DNA from: Flaccisagitta enflata
Lineage: Eukaryota
Assembly: GCA_965153355.1 (NCBI GenBank)
Contig: OZ231126.1
Location: forward strand, 47,430,001 to 47,494,000
Direction: 5' to 3'
Length of the DNA stretch: 64,000 nt
The position numbers and the translations under genes were made by a program. A model generated the notes under the pieces. That model was not told where the DNA came from. It searched no databases and saw nothing but the letters and a program-made list of their open reading frames with translations. Every line of letters begins with the position of its first letter. Position 1 is the first letter of the stretch. Positions 1-58,007 of the stretch are shown here, in pieces.

Positions 1-595
1 AGTAGAACATTGGGGTGAATTTGCATACATCCAGGAAAGAGGTTAGGGGTCGCAGCAGTGATCTGCATGGGGGCTCTAGGCCTGAGAGGAATGATTTGAG
101 ACCTGTTAGGACTGATTTTAGGCTAAAGAGTCGAGATTTCAGCCCTCAGTAGGCTGGACTGGGGCCCAAGACCTTGGGGGCGGACTGATTGACGGACGGA
201 TGGATGGATAGATGAATGGATGGATGTGTGGATGTTCACCCCTGTGTTCTACCGGACAATGGCCCTTTGGGGCTGCTACCCAAAAAGGCTTACCAAATTT
301 TTGGGAAGAAGCAGTAATGCCAAAAATTCCCTCAAAAGCCAAAAAAACTAAGCATTACCAACTGACCGACTGACAAACTGACTGGCGGACAAAGCGGGTT
401 GCAGAATCGCATTCACGCAACTAAAAACAAGTTCTGACATTGAGTGCTTTTACAGAATTACTCTGCCATTGGAATTTCAATGAAGGTTTTTTAGTTGCGT
501 GCTACGCGACTCTACTGCCCGCTATGTCGGTCCGTCGGTTGGTTGGTTGGTTGGTTGGTTGGTCCCCTTTTACTTTTTCGGCGTTTTTGAGCTTT

Positions 596-1248
596 TTGGG
601 CAGCGGCCCCAAAGGCCCGATGTCCTGTAGGACACAGGGGTGAATTTCCATACGTCCGTCCGTACGTCTGTCCGTCCCCCCCTTCGAAGCTTCTCAAGCC
701 TCTCAGGCCTCAAATCTGGTCTCTCAGGCCTCAAATCTGGCCTCTCAAGCCTCAAATCTGGCCTCTCAGGCCTCAAATCCAGCCTCTGGGGCCTCAAATC
801 CAGCCTCTCAGGCATCAAATCCAGCCTCTCAGGCCTCAGATCCAGCCTCTGGGGCCTCAAATCCAGCCTCTGGGGCCTCAAATCCAGCCTCTCACACCTC
901 AAATCCAGCCTTTTGGGCCTCATATCCAGCCTCTTGGGCCTCATATCCAGCCTCTTGGGCCCCATATCCAGCCTCTTGGGCCCTAAATTCAGCCTCTCAG
1001 GCCTCAAATTACCATTGAATACCATAGCAAAATGTCAAAAAATTGAAAAAAATGCATAATTCCTAGTTAATATCACGGAAAATTACCCCAAATATGCCCT
1101 CTCAGGACGTATGGAAATTCACCCCTGTGTCCTACAGGACATCGGCCCTTTGGGGCCGCTGCCCTGCGTTCACTCCACTTCTTCAGCTAATCACTCCAAG
1201 CAGGGCATCGGGTACCGCTGACCATGTGGGATCCTTGGATGACTTGTT
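596..1248 (+). mobile_element. HINE-like family A with internal 21-bp minisatellite, nested in a family-1 element (491-1345)
   Basis: Subterminal IR GGGCAGCGGCCCCAAAGG...CCTTTGGGGCCGCTGCCC, (GTCC)-like tract, GGCCTCAAATCCAGCCTCTCA array, 3' hairpin tail. Other copies at 1-283(-), 5543-6038(-), 24277-24890, 60753-61404. Confidence 0.75.
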
Positions 1249-3040
1249 GAGCATACTGCTCCTGCCCAGATGCCCTACTGAGCTTCTCCAGCACTGCTCC
1301 TGCCCACCTGAACGCGACTAGGATAGCCGTGTATCCGGCCTTGTTTGATTAGTACTAGTGACTCTATGACCATGTGTTTGGTCGTGAGTTCATGACTATA
1401 TGGTATATGGTATCAGTTGGTTGGTCTGTCAGTACATTCTTACTATCCATTTTTAAGATAACAATATATTCACTAAGGCTAAGGTGATTATTATGTCTTA
1501 AGTGACAAATTGATAAATAGTCTCTTCAATGTCATTTCTGCCAGAAAAAGGCTGGAGAAGACAAATCAAGGCCGTGTACATGGCCAATAAGTAGTCAATG
1601 GTAGGTGGGCAGGGGCAGTTATGTTGATGGGCAGGGGCAGTTGGGGGCAGGATGGGGCTGTGATGTGGATTGGCAGGAGCAGCAGTGCTCAGAAACCACA
1701 TTTTGCCTCCTTCCAAATTTTGCGTTACAGCAGACCTTCTTTCCAACTTACACAGCCTCTTATAGAGTCACTTAGCCAGCGACTAAGGATTGTCAGAAAT
1801 CTGGCCACATCGGTGTATCTAGAGTTTTAGACCAGATTATTAGTTGGGCAAACCGAACATGCATTTGTCCAGTAAGCACACCACCGGGCTAATAGTCCTG
1901 GATAAAAAAAACTGATACCAAATTGTTGTCAAATTCTTCATACCTGCAAACTTGTTTTTTTAAAATGAAAAACATGTTTATTAGGCCAAATTAGGTCATT
2001 TTGGCCTGATATTTAGACTGCTCAATCTAGGTGTATACCCGTACAGAAGAAATATAACCTGACGTAACAGTTCCAGAGAAGAAAAGCATAACTAAAATCC
2101 TTTCACTCATTAAAATGGATTTTTGGCCTTAAATCAGGACATATTAGGTCAATTTGACCTGATTTTCTTTTTACCTTGGCCAGGCAGGTATCCATGGGTG
2201 ATAAGATATTTGTTGGCATCAGTTTCAGAGAAAAAAATACAGTCATACAAAAAAAAAATAGCCGCGAATCCCATGGTAGAGCCCAAATGACCTGAGAAAT
2301 GGGCATATTAGGCCATTTTGGCCTAATTTCCAAGTAAAACATTTGGCTCTTAGTAAGGATGTGTTGGGGATGGTCCATACTACCACCCAGTATGTGCCAC
2401 TATGCCGAGGCATTTTTTCCGAGTAACTACCGTTAGGCCATACAGTGGAAAGGAATTCTGGTCGCGTCGAGGTTTTATATGTGCGTCGTCGCACATCTAT
2501 AAGAGGTCATGTCTGTCCGTCGGTCGGTTGGTCTGTCTTTCTACATTCCTGATTACTCTCGAGCCATCACACTTTCACATTCATTCAGTCGCTCATTCAT
2601 CCATTCGCTCATTCGCTCATTCATTCATTCAAAACGTTCGTTCATCAGCGAGGCGCACATATTGGCCATAACTTGGCCCAGTTAAAAAACAATTTTTGGT
2701 CGCTTTGACGCGATGAAAACAAATGAACAGCTCCCGTCATTGTATTTTCAGTCGACCAAATGGTAGTTTTGGAAAGCTCGTTGATATTTTCAGACAATAG
2801 AACAACAAGAGGTGATGCAAAACTCGGAGCTCCTATTAGGGGCCCTAATGGCGCTTTCAATGGAGCTCTTAATGAAGATATCGATTAAGCATTCAACGTG
2901 TGCATACTAAGCCAACGTCCAGTAATAGATGATACCACTCTTTTGACTTATTCAACTCAATTGAACTGAACTGAATTGAACAAAAATGATTTGTAACCTC
3001 CACCCTCCAACCCTCCAACCCTCCTAACTCTCCTTTTTAG

Positions 3041-46620
<43,580 letters not shown>

Positions 46621-47963
46621 ACAAATAGACATATACGAATTGTCAAAAAGGATTTTAACGAATCATCCATATGCTTCTCTTTCTTCACTCCTTAACTGTT
46701 GTATTCTGTATTTATTGTATTTATGTTTCGATTATCTATCGTAATCAGCTCTGAATTTTTCATCCCTGTTTCGCAACAATGATATGTCTTTAAACTATGT
46801 ATTTGTCCAACTCCATGCGAGTTTGATTAAATGAGGACTTGTCATATAACGTGTTCATGCGATGGACTACATGCAATGTATAACATGAAACAATAGAGAA
46901 TTCACTAACATCTCGTTGAGACTTCATTCGTGCTGTTTTCTCTTGTCCATTGATCAGTAAAATGTTGTAGTTCACGTTCCAAAATTGGCAAAAATTAGCC
47001 AGTCAGCTTATCTGAGACTAGATAGCCCAATAAAACCTGAGATTGAGAAATTTTATGAAATACATGTATGAAAAGTCGTTTTTATTCTGTAGAAGAAAAC
47101 ACGTTAGTGTCGGGCTAAGAGTTGAGAGGCAGCATTTATCCATTATGGCCAATTTATCATTCGTTCGTTTTATTCTCTTTTTGGCTTTGATGGTTTTTTT
47201 TTTCTGGTTACGGACGTGTATCGCATAGAATGTATGTCTCTCGAGAAAAACACAATCTAGGAAAAGCTTTTTGAGAGGGTTGCAATACGTGCGTGCATTG
47301 AAGGAAGATATTTTGACGTAAGAGGTCAATAGGGATTAGGGATAAGAGCGAACTTGTGTCAGTGCAAGCTCAATCATTCCGTACTTAGACGTTGGATGGC
47401 AATAAGGGATTAGGGTAGACGTGCCATTCCGCATATCACAATCATCCGAACTTTCCACTTTGTTCCGATGTCAATAGAATTAACAAATAGCCAGTCAATT
47501 GTCAACCAAAATCACTTAAAAACTTCCCGCCAGCATATAATTCATAAAGAGGAAGTGACTTATGTTTACTTCGGTTGAACGATGAATTCGCGCAATGAAG
47601 TGGAATTTCCATAGGATCCTGGATCCTGGATTACTGTGTCGGTCGTTCTGTGACACTTTTGGGTTGAGACTTGATAGCGGTTTTTTTCACTTTTTTGCAT
47701 TACTGCCGTTACTACCAACTGTCCGCGAGTTGATACTGATTCGGCCTTGTTCAACATTCGTCACCTCCGCAAAATCTTGAAATTGACAGCACTCCCCCAC
47801 ACTGACAAAGTTATCACCGCGCATGAGTAATAACTTTTTCTCTTATCTCTCCCACCACGGTCTCAAACAGCTTTCAACTCGGCTGAACGGGAAGGAGAAT
47901 TCATAAACTTCCACAATAAAAGTTGAACATTTCTTACATTTTGCTTCCGGTTTCCATTTTCTT

Positions 47964-48180
47964 TTTAGTCGCGTTCTACGTGACTCTACATCCCGCTTTG
48001 TCGGTCCGTCCATCGGTCTGTCGGTCCGTCCGTCGGTCCGTCCGTCCGTCACACTTTAGTTTTTTGGTTTTGGTTTTTGCGGTCTTTGGCCTCACTGCTC
48101 CTGCCCAAGTGATCAAGTGACCTCAAATACGGCCCCTGCCCACCCACACGCGACTTGGATAGCCGTGTATCCGGCCTTGT
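47964..48180 (+). mobile_element. HINE/DINE-1-like family 1, representative copy
   Basis: T-rich flank, 5' palindrome AGTCGCGT...ACGYGACT, (GTCC/GTCG)n, 3' ACGCGACT and GCCGTGTATCCGGC hairpin + CTTGTT. Other copies near 491-1345, 3228-4042, 11890-12060(-), 12376-12588, 12750-12950, 25064-25295, 34061-34242(-), 45409-45630, 49038-49268(-), 58249-58395(-), 63520. Confidence 0.75.
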
Positions 48181-51100
48181 TTATAGTTGATGCAGTAAAT
48201 TCCACTAAATCTACAATTGTCTGACCTTTTCGAGAACGAGGAAGGAGAAGGAAGCTGCAGTGGCTTGAATGGGCAATGAAAGATGAAGGGGAAGAGGAGG
48301 GAAGCAGTAGAGCATTAGGGGCTTCATCGGTACCCGTTGTTATTTCTAATTCTTATTATCTGACATGACTATAAAAATTCAACAAATATGTGATAATTGT
48401 GATATCTGACATGACTAGAAAAATTCAACAAATATGTGATAATTGAAACTATTTTGAAAACTATATGCTATTGTGGATTTTACATGTAATATTAAATCAT
48501 GAGTTGTTGACCCCACTGTGGCACTGCCCTTAACACTCAACAAGGAATAATCACAACATATCAATGACCCTTGCTTCCGGAAAGGATAGTGTATTCATCA
48601 TATATAATGTCTAGAAGGGTGTTAAGGATAGCAACATTACATTCAAATGAAAGAATACTTAGAAGACAACATAGGTTTAAATTTGACTACTCAACGATTC
48701 TCTGAGTAAAGCCTTGTACACCAAGTATTAGCAACTGACCACTGAACCAACGGAAACAAGATATAGAGAAGTGTCAGCTGAGAAAGACAAGAGTGAGAGA
48801 AAGACTGAAAACTTCAAAGCGGTAGCAGAAGAAGAAGAAGAAGAAGAAGAAGGAGAAGAAGAAGAAGAAGAAGAAGAAGAAGAAGAATAAGAAGGAAGGC
48901 GAATCTTTGGGGCATCATGAGGCAAATCGACCTTTAAATGCCACAGAGAAGAAAAAGAAATTCATCTTGGCAGACAAGTGGCACAAAAATATGGCATTTT
49001 TTAGGACTGAGAGAAGAGGATGGCAAGGATAAGAGAAACAAGGCCGGATAAACGGCTACCCCAGTCGCGTGCGGGAGGGCAGGGGCCGTATTTGAGGTCA
49101 CTTGATCACTTGGGCAGGAGCAGTGAGGCCAAAGACCGCTAAAACAAAAAAAAAAGCGTGACGGATGGATGGACGGATGGACCGACCGACGGACGGACCG
49201 ACGGACCAACGAACCGACGGACAGACCGACAAAGCGGGGTGTAGAGTCGCGTAGCACGCGACTAAAAAAAGTTTCGACCCAATTTGTTTGTGTATACATG
49301 CTTTCGATACCTTTGGGATGGGCCCATCCGCGATCGTTAGATAGATATTTTCGTATGGGTCACGGTAATGACAAAAATGGCATCAATTGCAAAAGTGGTT
49401 TAAATTTTTGTAAGATTTCAGGTGTGAACGGACGGACGCACCGACGGATCGATCACTACACGAATTAAAGAAGCAAACAGACTCACCTATGCAGTGCATT
49501 AAACGTCTCAGAGAGAGGAAGAATTTCTTCCCGTCCCCAACGGAATTCATTATGCAAAAGTGGAAGAATAATATCCTATATACAGGTTATTTCTAATTAG
49601 ATGCTTTTTAGCCGTTTCGAATGAGCAAATGCCGACTTAGTTGAAGAAGAGGAAGAAGAAGAAAAAACAAACTAAGGCGCAGAAGGGGGTATCCGTTCCA
49701 AAAGAAGGGTAAAAAAAATTAGGCCTACTTATAGTGTTTACTTTGTTCGTCTCACCATGCAATATTCATTGGATGTAACACAAAACAATTTCAAATATTG
49801 GAAGTTTTAAAAGGTGGATGTAATCATGATATGAGATGAAAAAAGGTTCGACACATGTTATAAATTTTTCTGTATTGATTGAAATTCTGTTGTTCTCAGG
49901 CTAATTCCCTTAAAAATGTGCGTGATGCACGAAATATATCGGGGCACCACGTAATCTGAGGTGAGATTAAAACTCGGGGTATACTCGGGTATTTGGGTAT
50001 GCTCGGGTATTGTAGGTATTGGCAGGTGTGCTGGTGTGCTCGGGTGTTGCTAGGGTATTGCAGGTATTGCTTGGGTATGCTCGGTATGCCGGTACTGGCA
50101 TTGCTTTAGTATCGCTTGGATTGCAGGTATACTGGGTATTTGGGTATACTCGGTATTATGGGTATTGCCTGGGTATTGCTGGTATTATAAGGTATTACTA
50201 AGGGTATTTCTTGGGTATGCTAAGGTATTGTGGTATTAATCTCACATTTTTCTGAAGTTACAGAAGAAGAAGAAGAAGAAGAAGAAGAAGAAGAAGAAGA
50301 AGAAGAAGAAGAAGAACCAGAGGGACTGATGGGAATGAGGATAACAAAAAAGAAAAAAAGAGAAAAGCAAAAGAAGAAATACAAGAAGAAATAGAAAATG
50401 GAAGATAAGCAGAGAGAAAACCACACAAACTATAGATCCGGTTAAAGAGCAAAAGACGTTTGACGTTTGACGTCATCATGAAATAGTTGCTCGTATTCCA
50501 GACATTTCTTGCATGACAATAAAAAGAAAAGAAAAACAAGTGCTTTGGGGAAAAAAAATAAAACAGCGATCAGATAAAAAGAAACTCAGCTTAACCCCAT
50601 TTGAGGCTAAACAAACCCGGCATCCAAACCGCTAGAACATGAAACACGAGGCGTGGAGGGCGGACGCCTGACGGGGTAAGTATGGACGGTGGAAGACAAA
50701 GACAGATAGGCAGACAGATAGACAAACAGGCAGTCAGACAGACAGACACAGACAGACACAGACAGACACAGACAGGCACAGACAGGCACAGACAAGCACA
50801 GACAGGCACAGACAGACACAGACAGTCACAGACAGACGTAGACAGACACAGACAAAACAGACAACCACAGACAGACACGTACAGACACAGACAGACACAG
50901 ACAGGCACAGACACACAGATAGACACAGACAGACAGACACAGACAGTCATAGACAGTCACAGACAGACGTAGACAAACACAGACAGACACGGACAAACAC
51001 AGATAGACAGAGTAACCGAAGACACAAGCGCCTGACATGGGGGGGCGGAAATTGGACAGGGTATGGACGCGGCACTGGAAGGCCAAAGACATAGAGAGTT

Positions 51101-51206
51101 ACCCGAGGGCCAATGGCGAACAGGGTGAGTTATACCAAGCATGGACATGGAAAGGAAGAAAGAAAGAGTAATCCAAGATAGGAACGCATAGTGAAATACA
51201 CATAGG

Positions 51207-51628
51207 CAGGGGCGGGGAGAGGGGGGGGTCACCCCCATACAAAATGGGGGGCCCGGGCCTTAGGGGAGCCCGGGAGGGCCCTTGAGAGAAGAGAAAAACA
51301 AAAAAAGGGAAAAAAGAGATAAAGAAAAAAAGGAAGAAGAAAGAAAGAAAGAAAAAAATAAAAAAAGAAGAAAACAAAAGAAAAAAAAAGAGAAAAAAAA
51401 AACGAAGATGAAAGAGGGGCCCCAGTTAGAATAAGATAATGCTCATTCATTAGTGAAAACCCAACTATTGTAGAGATATAGTCACTCTTAGATGGTCCCC
51501 TATTTTAATAAGAAAAGGGCTTGTGTAGATATAGTGTTGAAGCATGAGGGGCGAAGTGGGGAATGGGGATGAGGGGGCCCGGCCAAAGGGGCTAGTAGGG
51601 GGGCCCGCCATTTCTCTCCCCGCCCCTG
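51207..51628. mobile_element. hAT MITE
   Basis: TIR CAGGGGCGGGGAGAG, 8-bp TSD CACATAGG, GGGCCC subterminal motifs. Confidence 0.9.
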
Positions 51629-52264
51629 CACATAGGTTAATTGAACCAAAAGAACCATGTGGAGGATTGATGGGGTGAATTTAGACAATGGAAGGCAGGT
51701 GGCAGACAGAGAGAGCTCTGGTTGGTTCGTTTTTTTCTCAAGTGGCGTATATCTCCATATCTTGTGTGTCTCATAAAAAGGCTTCGGAGGGAAGCATTTG
51801 TAAACATCGCGGATATCCGATGTCCACTTTGTCCCTTTTCCAGCTCTGCGCTTCCATTACCGAGTGCTTGCCACAAATATCGTTGCCTGCACGCTTAACC
51901 AATAACCATGGATATGAGGCTCAATGTCAGTCTGTCAATCAATTCATATCATTGACACCGTACATTGAACATAGGGAACCCAGTAGCTCGAATTAGCCTC
52001 TCTTGTTCACAATTTAATCTGTGTCGGGGAGAATCATGCCACAGCGAATGCCAAAATGTGTCATCTTTTGAGTGGCGGTCTTCGAAGGGAAGGTGACCAA
52101 TGCTTTTCTTGGCGGCTCAACTTTCAGCCTTGAGGGACAAATCCCTTCCATGAATCTCAACCCAATTCAAACAACCATTTATGCTAGGAAAAAAACTTGT
52201 TAGATTATTGATTCTTCTTGAGGTTCATTCCCCAGTCTTAAGGATAATATCCCAGCCTCAAGGG

Positions 52265-53246
52265 CAGGCCTGAGCTATATAGCATTTTTGTCAACTATAC
52301 AATACCAATACAATACTTTCAAGTATTGGGACAATACAATACAATACCAATAAAATACAATATCCATTAAAATTGTATATAATACATTATCATAGTATAC
52401 AATACAATACAATACAATATTTAGATGATTTTATATAGTTTTGATAATAAGTATTAAGTAGTAATATGTATTAAGATGTATAGTTAGATGATATACTAAT
52501 GTTTAAAAAGAATGTAATAATCTTGATCATTATATAAATAAATTGTTATAAAGGAAGAGCTGAAAAATTTTCATATTTTTTTTCATTTTGATAAAAGTCT
52601 TATTTCATTTTTATGTTATTCGGTCTTTATCCTTAATATTTTTTTGTTTTTTTTTACACTCATCTATTTGTTTCTTTTTTTGTTCAGATCTGATTCTCTT
52701 TTTTTTTCATTTTCTTTTGTTTGTTTGTTTGTTTGTTTGTTTGTTTGTTTGTTTGTTTGTTTGTGTTTTTCATTGTCTTTCCCTGTCTCTTTCTCTCTCT
52801 CTCCTGTAGATTCTTTATTTTCTTGCTCTTCCTCCTCTTCTTCCTTCCAGCTTCTAACCACTGATTGTTTCTTTCATATATTTTTATTCTTCTTTTTCTT
52901 CTTTGTCTATATTTCTAACCCATCTAATTAGTCATAAGTTCTTCTTCCTCTTTCTCTTTTCATCCCTCACCCACTTTTACTTTCAGCAAATCCTCTTCTC
53001 CTTTTATCTCTCACCTTCTCTTCTTCTTTTATTCTCCCTCAGACCTAGGAATAATTTTCCTTTTTCTATTCATCTCCTTCAGTCTTTCTCTCATATATTT
53101 CACTTTTCTCAGATCAGCTTTTTTGTAATATTGTATAGTATTGTATTGAAAAAAAAAAACAAAATAAACTACATGTATTGGGAAAACCCAATACACAAGA
53201 ATATTGTAAACCCAATACCAATACCCAATACAATCGCTCAGGCCTG
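52265..53246. mobile_element. hAT MITE inserted in a degenerate minisatellite element
   Basis: TIR CAGGCCTGAGC, 8-bp TSD CTCAAGGG, CAATA subterminal repeats. Confidence 0.9.
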
Positions 53247-53803
53247 CTCAAGGGTCAAGGCTCATATCTCAGCCTCAAGGCTACAATCCCATCCTCGAGG
53301 CTCAAATTTCAACCTCAAAGTTTAAGTCCATGCTACAATGCTCAAATCATAACTGTGCACGGGACAGCGGCTCCCTCAAGCCACTGCCCCACTTATCACT
53401 ACATGAACTGAGTTAGTGGTAACGGTTGCCGCTGACCATCTGACACTTTTGCAACTTTTTATGTTTTATGGCTAACAGATTCCGCAATCTTAAAAACCTA
53501 CAATTATTATCATGATAGTTTCGCTCAATGTATCCAAGATAAGGACCACTGGACCATTGGACCAGCTCTCCATTGGAATAAAGATAGAGTTGGACAGAGT
53601 GGGCAGTTTAACGTTGCAACGGGAGGGTTTCATATTTTGGGTACAGAGATAAGAACCTTTTTTTGTAGGTTAACGATAAAATCAAATGATTAAAGGAAGT
53701 TTACTGCACAAGTTTTTGCTGAAATTTTCGTCGTTTCTAGGAGAGAAAAATGAAGCAAAAAGTGAGAAACTAGAAAGTAGAATACAACATCAAGTTATCA
53801 AAC

Positions 53804-56800
53804 ATGACACTAACTCAGCGAGGAACAAACTACATAGAAAAAACCCAGTGGATCCACGTTGGTAAATTGAAAACTTGTTGGTGTTGTCATGTTGTAGATT
53901 TTTCTCATGAATTTCTACAACTATTGTCATGAATTAATTATTACTCACTTTCTCAGTGTCCTCGAATCTTCAACTACTCATCAGTATTTTTGGCATATTT
54001 GGCAACGTTTTGTGCGTCGTCGTTTTTCTTCGAGGAGGAAAAAATTTCAGAACATCGACTTACATTTATGCCATTGTTTTATCTATATTCGATACTATTG
54101 GTAAGTGGGTAAACTCTATGTATGTGAATGATCGCGCTTAGTTTGTGGCTCTGTGTCGATGCGTGTACTGTCTGTGCCAGTTATCATTGCCAGTCATCAC
54201 TGCCCCTGCCAACTCGCAGCTCTAGCGTCTTACCAAGTGTGGCACGTCATCAATGTTCAAGAGGGGTCGCTCTTTAGCTCCATTCACCCAATCCAACTGA
54301 AGGATGATCTCCAATGTAAGGTGTTGTTCTTCCTCAGGTATACCGCAGATTAGTTATGTGCAACCGTTTGATTCTACAGTCATTGTCTGTGTCTTTTTGG
54401 CTAGCATCTCTTTGTAAATGAAAGCGTAGTAGGGGATAACAATTTACTGTTGCTCTAGAAAAACTGTTTGTATACATAGATGCCCAACACTTTTCAGGCG
54501 ATGCATTTTTCGCCTCATCCATACACGACCATGTCTTACAATGTCACCTAAAAAGTCAGACAACGTGATATGTCACAGTGCAAACAAAGGCATAATTAGA
54601 CAACCATACATATTCATAACCTGCTTTATTGTAACAAATCAAAGTATACTTTGTTTTTTTTTAGATTTATGATTCACATGCACAATGCTTAAAAATAGAA
54701 ACAAACCAAGAAACTTGATTGACGCAAGATGAGATGAGAGATTGATGAGATGCATTGATTGCATTGCATTGCATTGCATTGATTGCATTGCATTTATTGC
54801 ATTGATGAGAGACAGAAACAATCACTCATTTGCATGAATTCCCTAAAAATACAGTTCAAAGAATTCAAGAAGCAGTCAGTTGAAATTCTAAGACTGTCTC
54901 CCGATGCCAAATTTTGCATTTTTAAGAACATAGCCCTATTCCTTCAATTTTTTTTCGAATGAGGCTGTGTGTTTGGAAATTTATCAAATTAGAAACCGGC
55001 TTAGAATTTCACCCAAGACAACTCCAATAGCAAAATCTTTTTTTTGTTTTATAAATCTACAATTTTTGCATCATTCATCCTCATTTTTTTGTACACTTAA
55101 GTGAGATATCAATTATCTTTCATGCAGAAATGTCATTGATAAAAATGGATAAACCTATTTTCAGTTTTAAAAAATCACTATTTGAAAATATAAAAAAAAA
55201 TTTCCTAAAAAATGTGTTGATTCATTAAATTTTTTTTCGTTTGCACGGTGACATAAGATGTCATAAAATATAATGTCGTTGTCATTGTCATTGTCATTGT
55301 CATTGTCATTGTCATTGTCGTTGTCATTTCTTTGAAGCGACGCGGCCTTCATCGCCTCCTCGGCAGTCATCGTCGTCATCACCATGGAGAGACTCATCAT
55401 TCTCAAAAAGCCACTCAAAGCAGTCGCCTTCACCTCCAAGTAAGACACGAGGATAATGGCCAAATAAACCAACGAGAGCAACCCATGCCTCTGCTTGTGG
55501 ATGCGTGACCGTCTGACAGACAGACAGTGTGATAGATCGACTAAGGAAATCCAAGAGAGTAACACCGATGGAGAACGTGGCTAGCTAGACATACCTGTAC
55601 GACATATCACATATGGATCTGCTCATGATTGCGTTCAACTAATAGACCGAGATAGGTCTAAGACCAAATTTTAGGTACAACTCAATAGTAGATTTTAAGA
55701 AAAAATTCGGTCAGGAAAAGGGCAGGTCTAGGCGTTCTACCAGCCGCACTACCCCGTAATTCCACCACGTCACCACCCTTCCCTCTCCATTCCCATCCAG
55801 CACAAGATGGACTTTTCTCGTCGTGTCTTTGATTATCGCGTTTTCGTCTGCGCTTTCCGTGCCTCAGCTGACGCAGAATCTGGTCCATTTAAACACGGAT
55901 TGTGTCACAAATAATGCCTCATCTTATTGCTACTGCGTCGACCCTTTTGATCCTATGACGAGAAAAGGTCTGCTTATTGGTCACTACGCATGTCAGAGTG
56001 CCAGAATCGGCCAAAACTGGCTTTCCCCCCGCCATCATCTGTTTCCTTAAAATTTATCAAATGAGCCGTTGCGCGACTTTCAAATCAAACGGGAACCATT
56101 GTTAGGGTGACTGTTAAGTTTCCATAAAAATCTATGGCGGAGGCAAAATTTGCATAATAAGAATATTGCTTTTAATGCTATTTCAATACAAACTTCAACC
56201 ACCCCCTAACGATGGTTCCCGATCGAATTGAAGGTTGCTCAACGGCTCATTTGACAGGACTTCTGCAAAAAGGATAATGGCGGGGGGAAAGCCAGTTTCG
56301 CCCGTTTTTGGCACCCTGACATGCGTATTGGTCAGTCTTAAATGCCGTCGCAAATGTGTTCTCAAAGGTTTGACCAAGGTTTGTCCGTTTGTCTGCCCGT
56401 TCATCCGTCACAGAGTCAAAGGTATGGGCTTCGGACAGGGGACAACCTTTATGTTCACCAGACAAACCCCTCAATTACTGGTTCAGACTTACACAATTAT
56501 TGATTTCATAAACCAATCGTTTTGTTTGTCATTGTCGTCGTCATACTTTTGTAGCGCCGTTGTTATGACACAACATTTTTATGTTTCTAAGTTTGTTTAT
56601 GTTTTTGGTTTTTTTTAATTCATTACAACTTCCGTTGTCGATAAATCATTCCATCGCATGAAAATGTAACAAAACAAGAATTCTTTTTTTTTTTTCACGG
56701 GCCATTTATTTTTGTTCTGTTTTTGATGTTGTTTTGTCTTTCCAATAACACAACAGATGGCGCCGATATTCGTAGCAATTTATACGCGGAAATGAAATAT

Positions 56801-58007
56801 TTGGTGTTTTACTCTTTGGTGCCTATGACGGTGATTCTGATGGCCAACTACGCCATTATGAAAATTGCCAAAAACAAATGGAATCGGAATAACGGAAGTC
56901 ACTCGTGGAAATTCGATCGGGTGAGATGACTCAAATTTCCGGATGAAGTGAGAGACTCTGTGAGGGGAGGGTGGGTAGGTGGGTATTTGTCGGTCCTTTT
57001 GTCTGTTGGTCGGTTTGTCTGCGTGGCGGTCTGACTGTCTGGATGTCCATCTGTCCGTCTCTCTGTACGACTATCTGTCTATGAGTCTTTGACAAGTGGA
57101 ACAATCTTTCACTCCCAACCTGAAAGATATGGAAGAGGGCCTTGTGAGCCCTCAATGACTAGTTACTTCAGGCATAACTCCTAATTTTCCATTCAGCAAA
57201 ACTGACTTAGCAAACATATTAGGTTTTCGGTATTTCTGCGGTTTATGATGGATATGGGCTATGGCACTGATGTTTCTTAATTCCTTTTTTTTTTCTTGTT
57301 TTAGTCACCAATTCCTCCTACTATTTATCCGAATGGTCACATTCGAAGGCATCAGATAAGAAAACCTTTTATCTCACTTTACAAATCAACCGTCTTACTC
57401 AGGTTTGTGTAAAAAAAAGCTGAAAAAGCTTTTCATCACTTGTTTCAGACTGAGAGTATTTTCCAACATAATGTGTTTTATGACACGTGAATGTTGTATT
57501 CCAATCAGCGTTTCCTTCTTTTGGCTGGTTGCCCCATGGACTGCTGTCCTTATCGGACTCATGATTGAAGAAATGCGAGTCGGTTCTCAACAGAGCGAAA
57601 TCCATGGGTGAGAAATACAGCAACGGCCTCCGCTACGCTAAAGTGTACTGACACAAAAACATATTTTGCACACTTAAGTTAACTTTTTTTTTCCTGACTT
57701 CTTTTATAGAAATTTATGCGTATTTTACGATCGTTCAAAATTCATAGTTTCTTCATTTCACGCATTTTTCTAATGACAAACCAGCAACTTCAACACCTCC
57801 AACATTGCCTCCACATCATTGACTTCGTTAAACCATTGGAGTTTGGCTTTGGAATTGACTTCCGTGTTGACGCTTTTGAATCACGCCTCCAACATCCTCA
57901 TCTTCGCTTTCGCTGGCGCAAAATTCAGACAACAAATCAAAAAGATTTTCTGTTGGAAAGGAATCTGTTTGAGAAAGACTCTGGTCCATCCGAGCCGCTG
58001 GGATTGA
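53804..58007 (+). CDS. Rhodopsin-class (family A) GPCR, peptide-receptor-like (FMRFamide/sex-peptide receptor/Srw-type), 390 aa, 9 exons
   Basis: Exons 53804-53861, 53957-54100, 54220-54337, 55338-55439, 55801-55967, 56757-56920, 57305-57402, 57509-57607, 57785-58007, all GT-AG and phase-compatible (1173 nt). Motifs: TM1 GIFGN, TM2 LSIFD, TM3 CK...ITMERL, TM5 LVP...N, TM7 LNHASNILIF, helix 8 KFR. Confidence 0.9.
55985..56327. mobile_element. MITE with 8-bp TSD (hAT-like) in GPCR intron 5
   Basis: TIR TACGCATGTCAGAGTGCCA / TGGCACCCTGACATGCGTA. Flanks TTGGTCAC / TTGGTCAG. Confidence 0.8.
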
